Positions 1 to 25,064 of a stretch of 64,000 nt of DNA are shown here, piece after piece (position 1 is the first letter of the stretch; the number at the start of each line of letters is the position of its first letter). Under the pieces are notes generated by a model. It did not search any database. It was not told the origin of the DNA and saw nothing but the letters and a program-made list of their open reading frames with translations. The DNA is from Mytilus trossulus. Its lineage: Eukaryota. The stretch lies in contig NC_086374.1 in the NCBI RefSeq assembly GCF_036588685.1, positions 73,594,001-73,658,000 of the forward strand, given 5' to 3'. Made by a program: the position numbers and the translations under genes.

Positions 1-32
1 ATTCAGGGAGAACACTGACATGTACAATGTAC

Positions 33-300
33 CTGCATTTTGTTGCTGTAGCTTTGATGACAATTCATCCACTGATTGGCTGCTTTGTATTGCATGATGC
101 TCATTAAAATCATTCTCTGGTTCCTTATTCAAAGAATCTGTTGAGGTTAGTGTTGATGATGAAGCCATTCTGTCAAGGATTTCATCATTTATATCTCGTA
201 TATCTCCAGTTATCCTCAGCTTTGGTTCCCCATTGACCACAACATATTCATCACCAGTAGAAGAAGAATCTAGAGAGCTCCGACTGACAGTGTCTTCCAT
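33..300 (-). CDS. First coding exon of a probable Rab GTPase-activating protein 1 (RABGAP1/RABGAP1L, GAPCenA-like); the gene continues beyond the left edge
   Basis: Not in the ORF track. Acceptor ttattttag at 342-350, ATG at 300, then 89 open codons +1 nt (MEDTVSRSSLDSSSTGDEYVVVNGEPKLRITGDIRDINDEILDRM...QQQNA) and a GT donor at 32-31. From memory, the N-terminus resembles RABGAP1/1L (S-rich start, acidic-aromatic-VxV, PxL(K/R)I, EIL). Confidence 0.6.
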
Positions 301-1834
301 TGTCACACAGACATTATTAACAGATTATTACCAATCTGGACCTAAAATAATTATGAAATATTTTACGAAAAGTGTCTTTGTTCTACATATTCTAATAGAA
401 ATTCTTTCTTTTTTTGTTTAATAAAATTTGCAAACTAAAATTTGTATAAGCATGTACTGGTACAAAATGTACATATATTAAAGAAATGTGTGTTATTTAC
501 GAGTATGTCCTGGACATGTACAATTTTGTAGATGTAGTTGACTGCTACATTGGTAAACATGATATCAATTTACATATAGCTTAAATTGCATTCATTAGAT
601 TGTTAGGTATAAACATGTATATACATTCGGTTGATACTTAAAGTTTACCATTGCATTTATAGGTAATGCTGATCTTAAGAGTGCTTAATTATGAATCAGT
701 ACTGAAAGTAACTTTTGTTTGTTGTGTTCAAAAAGGGGGGTGGTTTGGCACCAACAAACATGTCTGACCCCAACATTGTGTGTGTGTCTGTCCCAGGACA
801 GAAGCCCATAACGAAGTGATTTCATATGAAAATTGTTGCTAGACGTGTTGTATACATGTACATGTATTCCATTTGTTTTTTCTTTATCTTGTAAATAAAT
901 CAGGCAGTAAATGTTCTCATAAATTGCTTTACACTTGTTATTTTTAAAGCCTTTCATAGCTTACTATGTTATTTGGATTTAGCTCATTGTTGAAGTGTGC
1001 AGGGTGGTCTAAAGTTGTAAACTTCAACGACATTATTTTCAGTCTTTGATTGAGAGTCGTCTCATACACCAATCTTGTGTTTTTATGATTGAGTAAGACT
1101 GGTTGATTCTGTGTAAAAGACGACAATAATTGAGCAGTTCATACTGAGATATAATAACAAAGGCATTGTGGCATATTAAATATTTCATAAAAGACATCTA
1201 ATATTGGCAAATATTTGAAATAATTTATCATAAAATTTTAAGTCATGTAAGTGTACATGGTGTTTGGGGTATACTTTGATCTTTTCTTTCAATGCACGTA
1301 GATGATAACAGTTGTCACATCTGAAATGAAGAACAGTCACTAATAACTCATAATGTATCATTTGTCTGATATTAAATCAATGTGAAACCAATCATAACAA
1401 CAAGAGTTGAGATATGGTGTCATAGGCTTACTGTAAAAAAACACTTGTTTTTTTCTCATAAATCAGTTAAGGCATAACTTTTTTAGCTAATTTCTCAATA
1501 TTGTATAGGAATAACAGAACTTTCAACTGGCTGTCAAATATAGTTGGGTTTTTTAAAGTCTTTTATCAACTGTTAAACTGACTTAGTCTGGATTTTTAGA
1601 TTTTCATTAACGATGTTGATTATGGTGGCGCTTCATTTCCTACATCCGGTTGATGTCATATGGTCGGCACATTCCGTCAGTCGCCGTTTTCCGGAGAAAA
1701 ACTAGCAGACGAATTTCTTACATGATGATGTAAATATATTCAAGATTATATTTGGCTAAGAACTATGTACTATAAATAATTAAGTTAACAGGTTGTTCTA
1801 TATTAACATGTAGTTTGTCATTTCACCTTGGTGG

Positions 1835-1892
1835 CACGTGCGATTGGTGACGTAGTTGTATATAAATCCTGGCTAACGTTTGAGCGTCAGTC
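1835..1892 (+). promoter_or_regulatory. Core promoter of alpha-tubulin gene 1
   Basis: E-box CACGTG 1835-1840, reverse CCAAT (ATTGG) 1843-1847, CRE-like TGACGT 1848-1853, TATAAA 1861-1866 and initiator-like TCAGTC 1887-1892, about 65 nt before the ATG exon. Confidence 0.65.
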
Positions 1893-1952
1893 ACTTTGAA
1901 TTTGTAGTCAACGTTGCACTGACGGCAATTCTTTGAATCAACTAAAAGAAAA

Positions 1953-14018
<12,066 letters not shown>

Positions 14019-14159
14019 AATTCTTCAAGATGTAAACTTTGAAAAAATTATAGCATTATTCGTCTATTAAAGTTGGATTGTTTAACCCACTATTTTATTC
14101 AATTTCTTTCCTTGCACAGCAGCTCTTTTTAGGGGTTATAAAAATTTGATACATTCATC

Positions 14160-14385
14160 TTTTTTTTTTGAATTTTCGAAAAAACTAAGGATTTTCTTAT
14201 CCCAGGCATAGATTACCTTAGCCGTATTTGGCACAACTTTTTGGAATTTTGGATCCTCAATGCTCTTCAACTTTGTACTTGTTTGGCTTTATGAATATTT
14301 TGATATGAGCGTCACTGATGAGTCTTATGTAGACGAAACGCGCGTCTGGCGTACTAAATTATAATCCTGGTACCTTTGATAACTA
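14160..14385 (+). repeat. Dispersed repeat family C, just downstream of gene 1
   Basis: Core actgatgagtcttatgtagacgaaacgcgcgtctggcgtactaaattataatcctggtacctttgataact recurs at ~33465-33540 and ~53378-53435, and inverted at ~26740-26880 and ~44230-44325. Confidence 0.75.
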
Positions 14386-14592
14386 TTTTATGGTCTCGTG
14401 TTGGTATGACAAAAGTTCCAGAGGCAAAATTTAGGCATGCTGGCAATGGCTGCAAAAACAATTGTTATAAAGTTTGTGATGAGAGCTATTCCAGAAAAAA
14501 TATATACAGGGGTGTTGGAAGGCAAATGTTTACACTATAATTCTATTCTCAATTGACAAGTGTCTTGGTTGTTGGTGCCGAAACTGCCTGCC

Positions 14593-15970
14593 ATAACCTG
14601 GCCCATGGGCCAAGTGAGCTTATATCATCACTTGACGTCTGTCGTTGTCCATCGTTCTTAACTTTTACAAAAATCTCCACTGCAACTACAGGGCCAAATT
14701 TAACCAAACTTGGCCACAATCATCATTGGGGTATCTAGTTTAAAAAATGTGTCCAGTGACCTGGCCAACCAACCAAGATGGCCGCCATGGCTTAAAATAG
14801 GACATACGGGTAAAAATGCAGTTTTTGGCTTATAACTAAAAAACCAAAGCATTTAGAGCAATTAAATCTGACAGAAGGTAAAATTGTTGATGAGATCAAT
14901 ATATATCTACCCTGGAATTTTCAGATGAATTGGATAACTGATTTATTAGGTTGCTGCCCTTAAATTGGTAACTTGAAGGAATTTTACTGTTTTTAATCTG
15001 ATTTTTGTGACAAAAATGTCGGTTATTGATTTGGGGATGGCAAGCGGTAACCACATGTTGTCCGTGCATAAACCTTTCAACCAAAGCTTTTAAAATTTTA
15101 ATATGTTGTTTCTGACAACAAAATGAAGGTCAAGTTCAATAATGGCGATTTTGACTTTTACCGTTCAGGAGGTATGGTTCTTGAAAGATTGAAAACTATG
15201 ACTATTCCAGTTGTGTCTGTGCATTTACTCATGAACTGTTCAACCAAAGCTTTTCAAATTTTAATATGTTGTTACTGATGACAAAATGGAGGTCAAGTTC
15301 AATAACGACGATTTTGACTTTTACCATTCAGGAGTTATGGTTCTTGGAAGATTGAAAAATGGCATTTTCAGTTGTGTCCGTGCCTTTACGCATGAACTGT
15401 TCAAACAAAGCTTCCCAAATTTTAATGTGTTGTTACTGATGACAAAATGGATGTCAAGTTCAATAATGACAATTTTTACTTTTACCGTTCAGGAGTTATG
15501 GTTCTTGAAAGATTGAAAAAAATGACTATTCCAGTCGTGTCCGTGCATTTACTCAAAACTGTTCTACCAAAGCTTTTCAAATATCCGGTTTGCTGTCGTT
15601 GTGCCAGCCTCTTGTTTGTTTATTATCTTGAATATTATTATAGATAGAGGTAAACTATAAACAGCAAAGTAAGTCCTAAAAATAAGTCAACATGACCAAA
15701 ATGGTCAATTGACCCCCTAAGGAGTTGTTGCCCTTCATAGTAAATTTTTAAAATTTTCATAAAATTTGTAGATTTTCACTAACATTTTCAACTGAATTTA
15801 CTGCACCAAGTTCATTATAGATGGAGATGATTGTAAGCAGCAAGAATGTTTAGTAAAGTAAGATCTACAAACACATCAACAAAACACAATTTTGACATGA
15901 ATCCATCTGTGTCCTTTGTTTAATATTCACATAAACCAAGGTGAGCGACACAGGCTCTAGAGCCTCTGTT
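14593..15970 (+). mobile_element. HINE element (~500-bp-unit family) containing a second HINE
   Basis: 5' hairpin cctggcccatgggccaagtgagc, degenerate microsatellite, family body, and 3' end aggtgagcgacacaggctctagagcctctgtt. Confidence 0.8.
14995..15616 (+). mobile_element. HINE element with ~161-bp tandem core, nested in the preceding HINE
   Basis: Three units (tcaagttcaataa at ~15130, ~15292, ~15454). Ends ccggtttgctgtcgttgtgccagcctcttgtt. Interrupts the host motif ctgttttt|ggttattatcttgaat at a T-run. Confidence 0.7.
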
Positions 15971-16779
15971 TTTCTTTAATAGCCCTAAGTTGAAGGTTCC
16001 ATTCTAAAAGATAATGGATATTTAGACCTTGAACATGGTCCATTGACAATGAAACTTTTACGTGATAGGTTTATTCTATGGTATATTTTCTATAGTGATT
16101 TTTGTTCTTGCCCCCAAGTTTTGTCTTGAGTTGAAAAATACACCAGTTCATTTTATCTTAATTACCAGTCTATAGCAACAAAATAAAGATATTTTGTTAT
16201 AGTATAGCATCTGATTTCAGTAAGTGCCAGATGAAAATTATATCTGCCACTGGTAAAATTTGAAGTGATTGTACGTTTTGGTTACCATGAGATTCATCTG
16301 TTCATGCACCTGCAATATAAGCAGCCAGGGAATCCTCCCTGGCTGCCAACCAACTGAACCAAAAAAGCTAAAACTAGAAAAGGTTTATAAAATGCAGTCT
16401 TGAAAGTGAACAGATGAAGGAAATCCGACAAAGCAAATATTGAGACTGTTAGCCATACCTACTATTAAACCTTTTCAACACCTACGTTGAGCACGACTAC
16501 GACAGTTGCGATGTTAGGGGTCATCTCAAAAACAACAATTGAAAATATTATTTTCGATCACTATTGATTTTATTGCGTGAAAACTTGATTAGCAATGAAG
16601 CAACTTTCCAACAGAGTTCAAATGACATGAATTTTATTAATTTAGAATGAAGAAAATGATTGATTTTACAGTAAACAAACATTTTAAAGTTAAGAAAATA
16701 AAAAAATAAACAGGGGTCTCTGATATATTAAAAAAGAATGGAATATAATGGAGAAATCATAATGTAAAAAAAATCGGAT

Positions 16780-18750
16780 ACTATCAAAAAACACAGATCC
16801 TTAAAATACCAAGTACAACAAAAGCTTAGAACATCATATTGGAACTACATAAATAACATTATAATCGAAGATAGTAAACTGAAAGACAGTAAACCAAGCA
16901 AAAAATTTTGGTCATTCATAAAAAAACAAAAAAAGTGAAAATATAGGTGTATCACCACTAAAGGTAAAGGGTATCACAAAAACAAACCCCCAAGATCAGG
17001 CTGAAGCACTTAACCATCAGTTTCACTCAGCATTTACCACACCTAAACCTTTGAAATTATCTCACATTTGTGAACTAAAATCATTAAAATCAGCAACACA
17101 TAAATTTGAAATGAAGCAAATAAACATCACCCCAGAAGGAACATTTAAATTACTAAAAAACTTAAACCCATCAAAAGCAATTGGTCCAGACAAAATATCA
17201 CCCATTTTCTAAAAGAAGTTCATCATGAAATCTCACCTATATTATCTGACTTGTTTAACTCATCAGTAAATACAGGCACAGTACCAAACGACTGGAGAGA
17301 GGCCTTGGTTACACCAGTTTTCAAAAAGGGAGCAAAATCTAAACCTGAAAAGGCCCATCTCTCTAACCTGTATCCTTAGTAAATCACTAGAACATATAAT
17401 TGTATCATCCATAATGAAACATCTAGACATTTACGATTTACTATATCCACTGCAGCATGGTTTTAGATCAAAAGTTAGCTGTGAAACACAACTTTTAACT
17501 TTTACACAGCAAATACTTGATTAATATATGTCAAACGGTAAACAAACTGACGTAGTTGTCATGGATTTCTCAAAAGCGTTTGATAAGGTGGACCACCAAA
17601 GACTTATCCTAAAACTGAAACGCATGGGAATAAATAACAAAACAACAAATTGGATAGAGGCATGGTTATCGCATAGATCACAAAAAGTGGTGGTTGACAG
17701 TCACACATCAAATAGTTGTCCCAAGGGTCTGTTCTCGGGCCATGTCTGTTCTTAATTTACATTAATGACATACCAGACAACCTCAAAAGTAATGTTCGCC
17801 TCTTTGCAGATGACACTATTGTGTATCTAACAATCTCATCATTAGATGACTGTCACACCCTTCAATCAGACCTACATAAACTGGAACAATGGGAGCAAGA
17901 ATGGCTTATGTCCTTTAACCCAGACAAATGTGAAATCATCCACATAACAAGAAAACATAAACCAATCATCTATAAATACACATTACATAATCATATTTTA
18001 AAATCAACAAACAAAGTAAAATATCTTGGCGTTTCCATCACAAACGATCTGACATGGAATTTTCATATAAATGACATCACGAACAAAGCAAATGCATCAC
18101 TGAGATTTATAAAAAGAAACGTCAAAACTAACAGCATAAAACAAAAGAACTGGCTTACAAAACATACGTTAGACCAAAAACTGAATACTGTAGTGTCGTC
18201 TGGGATCCCTGGCAGAAACAACAAATACATAAAATTGAAATGGTACAGAGAAGAGCTGCCAGGTATACACTCAACCAATACAGCTGTCAAAAAGCAGTGT
18301 AACAGCCATGCTTGAACATCTAAGATGGCCAACATTACAACAAAGAAGAAATCTTGCATCCGTCACCATGCTATACAAAATTCAACAACAATTAGTCTCC
18401 ATCCCAGTAAATACATACCTAATACCATCCAAAGAACATAAATTTATACATCCATTCTCTCCCACAAACTATCATTTGTATTCATTTTTTCCTAGAACAA
18501 TAAGGTTGTGGAATACCCTACCATACCAAGTAGCCTGTAGCCCAGACTTGGAAGCTTTTAAGTCTGGTGCAAAACCACATATGTATTGCTAAATCAAACC
18601 ATGTTTATAACTATATACAAAAATAAGAATAAAAAAAAGTTTTTTCTTGCAATTATTGTAAATATGTTTAGTTTTAATTTGTTTACCTAGCATGTGCCTT
18701 CTTGTAATCTTCAACATATTGAAGTTAAGAAGTATTATGTAGATGTAGAA
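16780..18750 (+). mobile_element. 5'-truncated, frameshifted CR1/L2-group LINE (reverse transcriptase pseudogene)
   Basis: Motifs KKFWSFIK, MDFSKAFDKVDH, QGSVLGPCLFLIYIND, LFADD, YLGVSI and SFFPRTIRLWN, spread over broken ORFs 17528-17755, 17716-18315 and 18308-18592. Short 3' UTR ends in tgtaga repeats. Confidence 0.9.
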
Positions 18751-19047
18751 ATATCACTTAAAAATAAAACTTCTACTGTGTTAAGTACGTACACATTACT
18801 AACATTTTAAGGACTAGGTTCAGGCGCTCTAATGATGCGACGAGTTTTAACTAGTCTAATTGGATCCCAAACCTGCCTTATGTATGGTCATAGATGAAAA
18901 AAAAAAGAATCACAAGTACGAAAACATAGAAAAGATAACAAAACCAAAGCAAAAGAGAAATAGAGAAACCATTTCTGACCCGTTGACAACAAAACAAAAT
19001 ATAGCAATGACAGTGTAACATATAAAACCAACGATATTTGATCAACA

Positions 19048-19126
19048 CGGACTTCACTGCTAAAAAGTTCCCGCGGACTTCACTGCTAAAAAGTTCCCGC
19101 GGACTTCACTGCTAAAAAGTTCCCGC
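19048..19126 (+). repeat. 26-bp tandem repeat, three copies
   Basis: (CGGACTTCACTGCTAAAAAGTTCCCG)3, exact, no spacers. Confidence 0.9.
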
Positions 19127-19435
19127 TTATTGTAAGAAACCCAGAGGTCATTTCTGAGAAATGGGGAATGACTCTACGATAAATTGTTTTTCGGGACACG
19201 TAAAATTAGTTCGAGAGGACGACCATATATAACTAGACCTAAGACGTTTGAGTCCAAATCCCTGCTTAGCACTGTCCAACAAGAATTTGCAATGACAACA
19301 AACTCTTCCGTAAATAACGTGTTGAAATATAAATTCCTTACGAAGGTAGGTATTTCTTAAATTATTTTACATCGGAAAGAGAAGTCAATTACATCCCCTC
19401 TCCCCCAATCCACAAAGGAAATATATCAACGTTAA

Positions 19436-20027
19436 GGATTATGTACCCTTCTGTTGCTTCAATGCTAAACATAATTACGGAAATTTTATAGAAAATCCAC
19501 AGCCTTTATCCTTGTTCTATCATATTTTGTAATTTGATGACCGATAGATATAGAATTATTGCATGCAGTGCTATATCATTGTTTTCCTTAAAAATAAGTT
19601 TATTAATGTAGTTATTGGTTAGAACAAATAAAAATATGGACCAAATCAAGTACACCTTTTAGGGTGCGCTCGACTTTAGTTACTCTGCGCGAGGTATTTT
19701 GGACCCTTAACAGGTTGGTTAGAACTTTTTGTAAAAAATAAACACTAGCACATCATAGAAAAGCAAGTGAGTAATGTTTCAAATTATATAACAAAAATCT
19801 CTTTATTAAAGGCTGTGGATTTTCTATAAAAATCTTGGTTTATTTGCCACAAAGTACTCTTTTTCTATTAAATGCAATGGAACAGTAAATATTAATGCTT
19901 TGCATCAAGTTTCGCCCTAGTATATGTTCAAAATGGCCTGTCTCTATTATTCATTATATCTGTAGTTTTGATACAATTCATGTTTAAAAAATTCGTACAA
20001 AAATGGCTACAGAAGGGTACATAAACC
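19436..20027. mobile_element. Kolobok-like MITE
   Basis: TTAA on both sides. TIR GG(A/T)TTATGTACCCTTCTGT(T/A)GC with RR termini. A second internal inverted pair ttttatagaaaatccacagccttta at ~19484 and ~19807. Confidence 0.8.
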
Positions 20028-20997
20028 TTAATGAAGCGGCGTAGTCCCTCGTTGATAAACATTGCGATATGATATTTTCCTTTGACCTTTTTTCAAAACA
20101 ATATGGTTTTACCCCTAACCCTCCCCCACACACACCCCGAAATTGAATATGTTCATTGGGTAAAGTTTACAAGTGTTTAACGGACGGACGGTAGTCCAGT
20201 AATTATTTTTCATAAGTTCTCATACATTTTCAGAAAAAAACATTTACAGATACGAATTATATCGTTATTGGCATGCGGCATAATCTTAACTGACTTGAAG
20301 AGAAAGATGATCAGGATACGGAATGATTTCAGTATTTTTTTCAATCAATTCAACGTGAAATTACGTGTAAATACATGCAATAAGAATATAACATAACAGA
20401 GAAATATATCTATTTATTTTTTTGTTTGATATATCTTCTGCAGCTATTTGTATAACCGCCAAATCAAATTTATGTACGGACAGTGATAAGCAGACCGTTT
20501 TTGTATTTGAGACGACCCCTCTATTTTACCTGTAAACTGTACGTGGCATTAGTTGGTGTCGAGAGTTGTTGAAAAAGTCTAATCATTCATTCGAGTTTTT
20601 GCCCTTTAATGATGAGTTCATTTTTTTTGCGTAGCATGCCCACAAAATTTCAGATATTTCCTCAGAATACGGATTTGTGGACATTTTTTTCCTTTCGATA
20701 GAAATTAATACATAACTTTTTTTGTTTTAAAAGATAAATACGATCGTTTTTGTGTTAAATTGTTTGTAATTTATGTGTTATATAAATATTGCATAAATTT
20801 GTACATTTTATTTTTACAAATAACTCAAATGTATCAATAACATCAATTGATAATGAATGTAAAAAAAAATAAAGAATAAAAAAAATTGCACTGTTTACGT
20901 TTTCATGAAAATTGGTACACATAATCTTCTGACGTAATCAAACCAAATGTCATTTTAAAAAAAAGACGGGCCCATGAATGACCCATGAATTCGTTTT

Positions 20998-23665
20998 CAT
21001 TGAAACATTGAAACATTGAAACATTTTATTTCACTAAAGGCCTCACATGAGGCATGATAGTACAACAATATAACAAACATATTTACAAATGCATGAATAA
21101 ATGGGAAGGTAAATATCATTTATAAATTGACATTACAATTTTACAGAATTTGGCTAAGCCAACAAGAACAAATTTATCTTTGCTGTTCATTAAATTAGAG
21201 AAGCTCATAGTATTTTTAATTTTACAAATATCTGCAGGCAAAAATTTCAGCCTTTCAGCATTAAAGAAAGTACAATCATATATATAATGAAATTCATCTC
21301 CTAGCACATTGCTGTTACATAAATCACATATTCTTTCTGATCTATCAATGCTATAAAATCTACCACATTCAATAGGTAACCTATGACTACTGCATCTATA
21401 TTTACACAAATTAATTCTAAGATCAAAAAGCAAGGTAGTTAAATAATCTTCAAAACCAAACTCAGACTTATACATTCTATAATTTAAACATTTTGAGGTA
21501 TTAAATATCTGAGCCTTTCATTCATTTACAAACAAATTGTGGTAATACTGTTTCACATTTTTAGACAACTGACAATTTGTATCTATATATTGATTATTCC
21601 AGGCATTAATAAAACCACATTCAGATATAATATCTTTCACACATATCAACCACTTAGAGTGGTAAACATTACCAGAATCAAGTTTATAAAGCATTTCATA
21701 CAATGTACGAGAAATTTTCTCTTTTTTGCCAGTAACAATACGTTTCCAAAAACCAACCATTCTTGCTTTGATATTAACAGACATTGGTACTCTACCTAGT
21801 TCACCATATACAATGCAATTATGTGTACATTTTTTAACTTTCATTATATATTTACAAAATTCTAAGTGTAGTGATTCAATAACATCATTGTTCTCATAAC
21901 CCCAAACTTCTGCACCGTACATTAATATAGGGGCAACCATAGCATCAAAAAGTTGTAACAATACATCTATAGGTAAATACAATTTTCTTGCCTTACGTAA
22001 TACATAAAACATTGCTTTTCTAGCTTGTTGAACCAGTCTAGATTTATTAACATGAAAAGTACCTTTTCTAGTAAATACAATACCTAAATATTGAAATTCA
22101 TCAATAACAGATAAACGGTCATTATTATATGTAAAATGAACATTATCAGCCTGTCGGCTTTTAGAAAATATAACAACATTGGTTTTTTCAGTATTAACTT
22201 TGAGATCCATGTTTCACAATATAAATACATTGCATTCAATGCTGATTGTAACTCAACTGCAGATTCTGCAAAAATGACTGTGTCATCCGCATATAACAAC
22301 AAATACAATTTAAAATACACTTCAATATCATCATTGTCAAACAATAAATGAGACATATTACAAACATCATTCAGACCACTATAAGCATGTGACATAAACT
22401 CAGTCAAATCATTAAGAAAAATAGAAAACAATAGGGGCGAAAGGTTTTCACCCTGCCTCACACCAATATTAGATGCAAAAAAATCTGAACAATTAGATCC
22501 ATCTCTTACACAAGATTTTGCATTTTTATACAAGTTTTGTAATACAATCAGCAGTTTACCATCTATACCATTGCGTAACAATTTTTGCCATAATAATATT
22601 CTGTTAACAGAGTCAAAAGCCTTACGAAAATCAACAAAAGCACAATACAATTTTTTTCTTCTAAATAAATACAAATCAATGAGACATTTCAAATTGAAGA
22701 TATGATCAACAGTGCCATACCCCTTTCTGAAGCCTGCCTGTTCTTCGCATAATAATCCTAAACTTTCCAAATAATTGAACAATCTATTATTCAAAATACA
22801 TGTAAACAATTTTCCATAACAGCTCAATATTGTAATACCTCTATAGTTATCAGCATTTGCAGGATCACCTTTCTTTTTAAATATAGGGCAGATAAAACCC
22901 TTTGACCATGAGTCCGGTATAATACCACTTTCAAATACAATATTAAATATTTTCAAAAATACAGGCATAAGTTTACAAGCTGCATGTTTCAAAAATTCAT
23001 TAAGTATCATGTCATCGCTACATGCTTTGTTATTTTTCAAAGACTTAATTGCATTTACAACTTCTTGTTCACAAATCAACTGATTAATTACAGTATTATA
23101 CTCACTAATATTTTCTGGTAATACAACATCAATATCATTTTCTACATTATTCAAATTTTTAAAATGGTTAAAAAATAAATCAAGAGCAACCTTCTGAGAT
23201 ACATTTTTACCTTTCTCACAGCCCTTGTTTAACAATGACCAATAAGACTTTGGATCAGTGGTACGCAAACCACGCATTTTTTCTATAAATGCCTTCTGAA
23301 ACTCGTTAAATTGAGTTTTCAAAGTTTTCTTGTACTCTCTACTTTTACATACCAAATCATCATAATTAATTCTTGAACGTACTCTATAGTAATACTTCTT
23401 AGACCTGCGATAATTTTTACGTTTTACATAGCATTCACTATTAAAATACTTCTTACGATGTACAAATTGAGAGTTACATTTTTTTTTAACATTTTTATCA
23501 TTGATTTTAACAAACATATTGGCTTGTTCTGCCGCATTCCTTATAATATTAATACAATCATTTACAACATTATTGACAGTTACATTATCAGTATTTTGAG
23601 GATCAATATCCTCTAATTTATTCAAAAGTTCATCTATACTGGTATCGTCTAGGTTCTCCGTGAAA
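20998..23665 (-). mobile_element. 5'-truncated RTE-X-like LINE
   Basis: NYRGITILS, EEQAGFR, VDFRKAFDSV, GVRQGENLSP, LLYADD, YLG, and a C-terminal CxxC..DEFH....C finger. Only one frameshift (~22205) and one stop (21518) are evident. The 3' end is AATAAA followed by (TGTTTCAA)3. Confidence 0.9.
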
Positions 23666-24097
23666 ACTGGTGCTCGGTTTCTGGCCCATATTGGTTTCCC
23701 GAAAAACGTTACGCCACGAGTTATCGTTCCTGACGTTATCGAATAACGTTGACACAAACAAGCCAATGGCAATGCAGCAGGTTCTGCAATCACAAAGTGA
23801 TAAAAATAATAAATAAAATGATATTTTTAAACGGTACGTTTTTCTTGATGCAGAGTGCCGAAAGTTTTGCCGAATGCAATACGCAACGGTTAACTTTTCG
23901 CGGCATAGATTGCTTTATCGTTTTCCGGCATTTCTTCTGCTCATTGCTATATAACCGTTAGAAATGTTTTATTTTACTTTTAATTTATATTCTGTTTCTT
24001 TAATAGTTAAGCATATGCACGTTTTATCTATATGTTCTTATGCAAAATAGACTGAGTTTTATCACTTTATTTTTAATAAATATACTTTTTCATGATA

Positions 24098-24245
24098 TAA
24101 AAAAGAAGATGTGGTATGATTGCCAATGAGACAACTATCCACAAAAAAACAAAAATGACACAAACATTAACAACTATAGGTCACCGTACGACCTTCAACA
24201 ATGAGCAAAGCCCATACCGCATAGTCAGCTATAAAAGGCCCCAAT
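24098..24245 (+). repeat. Dispersed repeat family D
   Basis: aagaagatgtggtatgattgccaatgagacaact..caacaatgag..gctataaaaggcc recurs at ~29520-29750, ~43040-43235 and ~44025-44180. Confidence 0.75.
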
Positions 24246-24978
24246 AAGATGATGCACGCCGTATTCCCGTGATATTTATCTGGATGAGAATACGGATAGA
24301 ATAAGGCGAAAAAAGCACAATACAAGCAGACTTTGAAACTCATACAGAAAACAGTTTGTTAGTATGGAATGTAAAAAAAAGTGGTTTAACTTGGTTTTTT
24401 TTGCTGAATAACATTCTCTGTGTTCCAAGTGTAAATAGTCTCATTGGTCTGTACAGAGTAAATCCCATCAAGTTGAAACTTTCGGAAACATTTTAAAAAT
24501 AAAGTCGACTAGCTTTGTAATTCTATAGACCAAGTCTACACAGGACAGACAGCAACATCGGAATTTGGCCTGAGAAGTTACCGTAGTCTGAGAAGTACAT
24601 GGAAACTTGATTCGGCAAAACAAAATAAAAAAAAATCAGGTCCCGTTACAGTCTGATTAAGCCAGTCCCAAGTATCCACTTGCGTCTACAAACGCAAGTT
24701 GATAGTTGAGACTTGCTTTAGCCATTAAGTCAGACTGGTTCCACTGATTACAATTTTGTTCTCTCAACATTTACAAACAAACGACTGACTTATTATAATC
24801 ATCGAGTCAAATAGCTAGATCTTGAAATCATTTAGATTTCATATTCGTGTTAGTTTACGCTTACGTATGTATTCGGATGTAGTGTTGTTGGGGTTTTTTT
24901 TTTTGTGATTTGAGTTGGAAATCATGTACATGTACAAGTTTGGAGACAAAACAACTGAAAGAGACTTACATAGTTGCC

Positions 24979-25064
24979 CAATCTAATTAAAATATTGATC
25001 TCTGATTACGTTATACTACATATGTAGTATAACGTAATCAGAGATCAATATCTTAATTAGATTG
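24979..25064. repeat. 86-bp near-perfect loopless palindrome with ~10-bp flanking direct repeat
   Basis: caatctaattaaaatattgatctctgattacgttatactacat|atgtagtataacgtaatcagagatcaatatcttaattagattg (one mismatch). Flanks catagttgcc / catagttgtc. Confidence 0.85.

Larger units (their letters stand above)
16516..20520. mobile_element. Possible large old TIR element enclosing the LINE and Kolobok-like MITE
   Basis: AGGGGTCATCTCAAAAACAA at 16516 versus TTGTATTTGAGACGACCCCT ending at 20520 (18/20 inverted match). No clean TSD. Confidence 0.4.

Noticed and set aside
233-421. 62-aa plus-strand ORF
   Set aside because: Antisense to the better-supported minus-strand exon and runs into low-complexity intron sequence.
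19048-19126. 26-bp direct repeats as a mini-CRISPR
   Set aside because: No spacers; a simple tandem triplication.
23666-23793. N-terminus of the 569-aa ORF as part of the LINE protein
   Set aside because: Composition changes and no endonuclease motifs are present; it is likely flanking DNA fused in frame to a 5'-truncated element.
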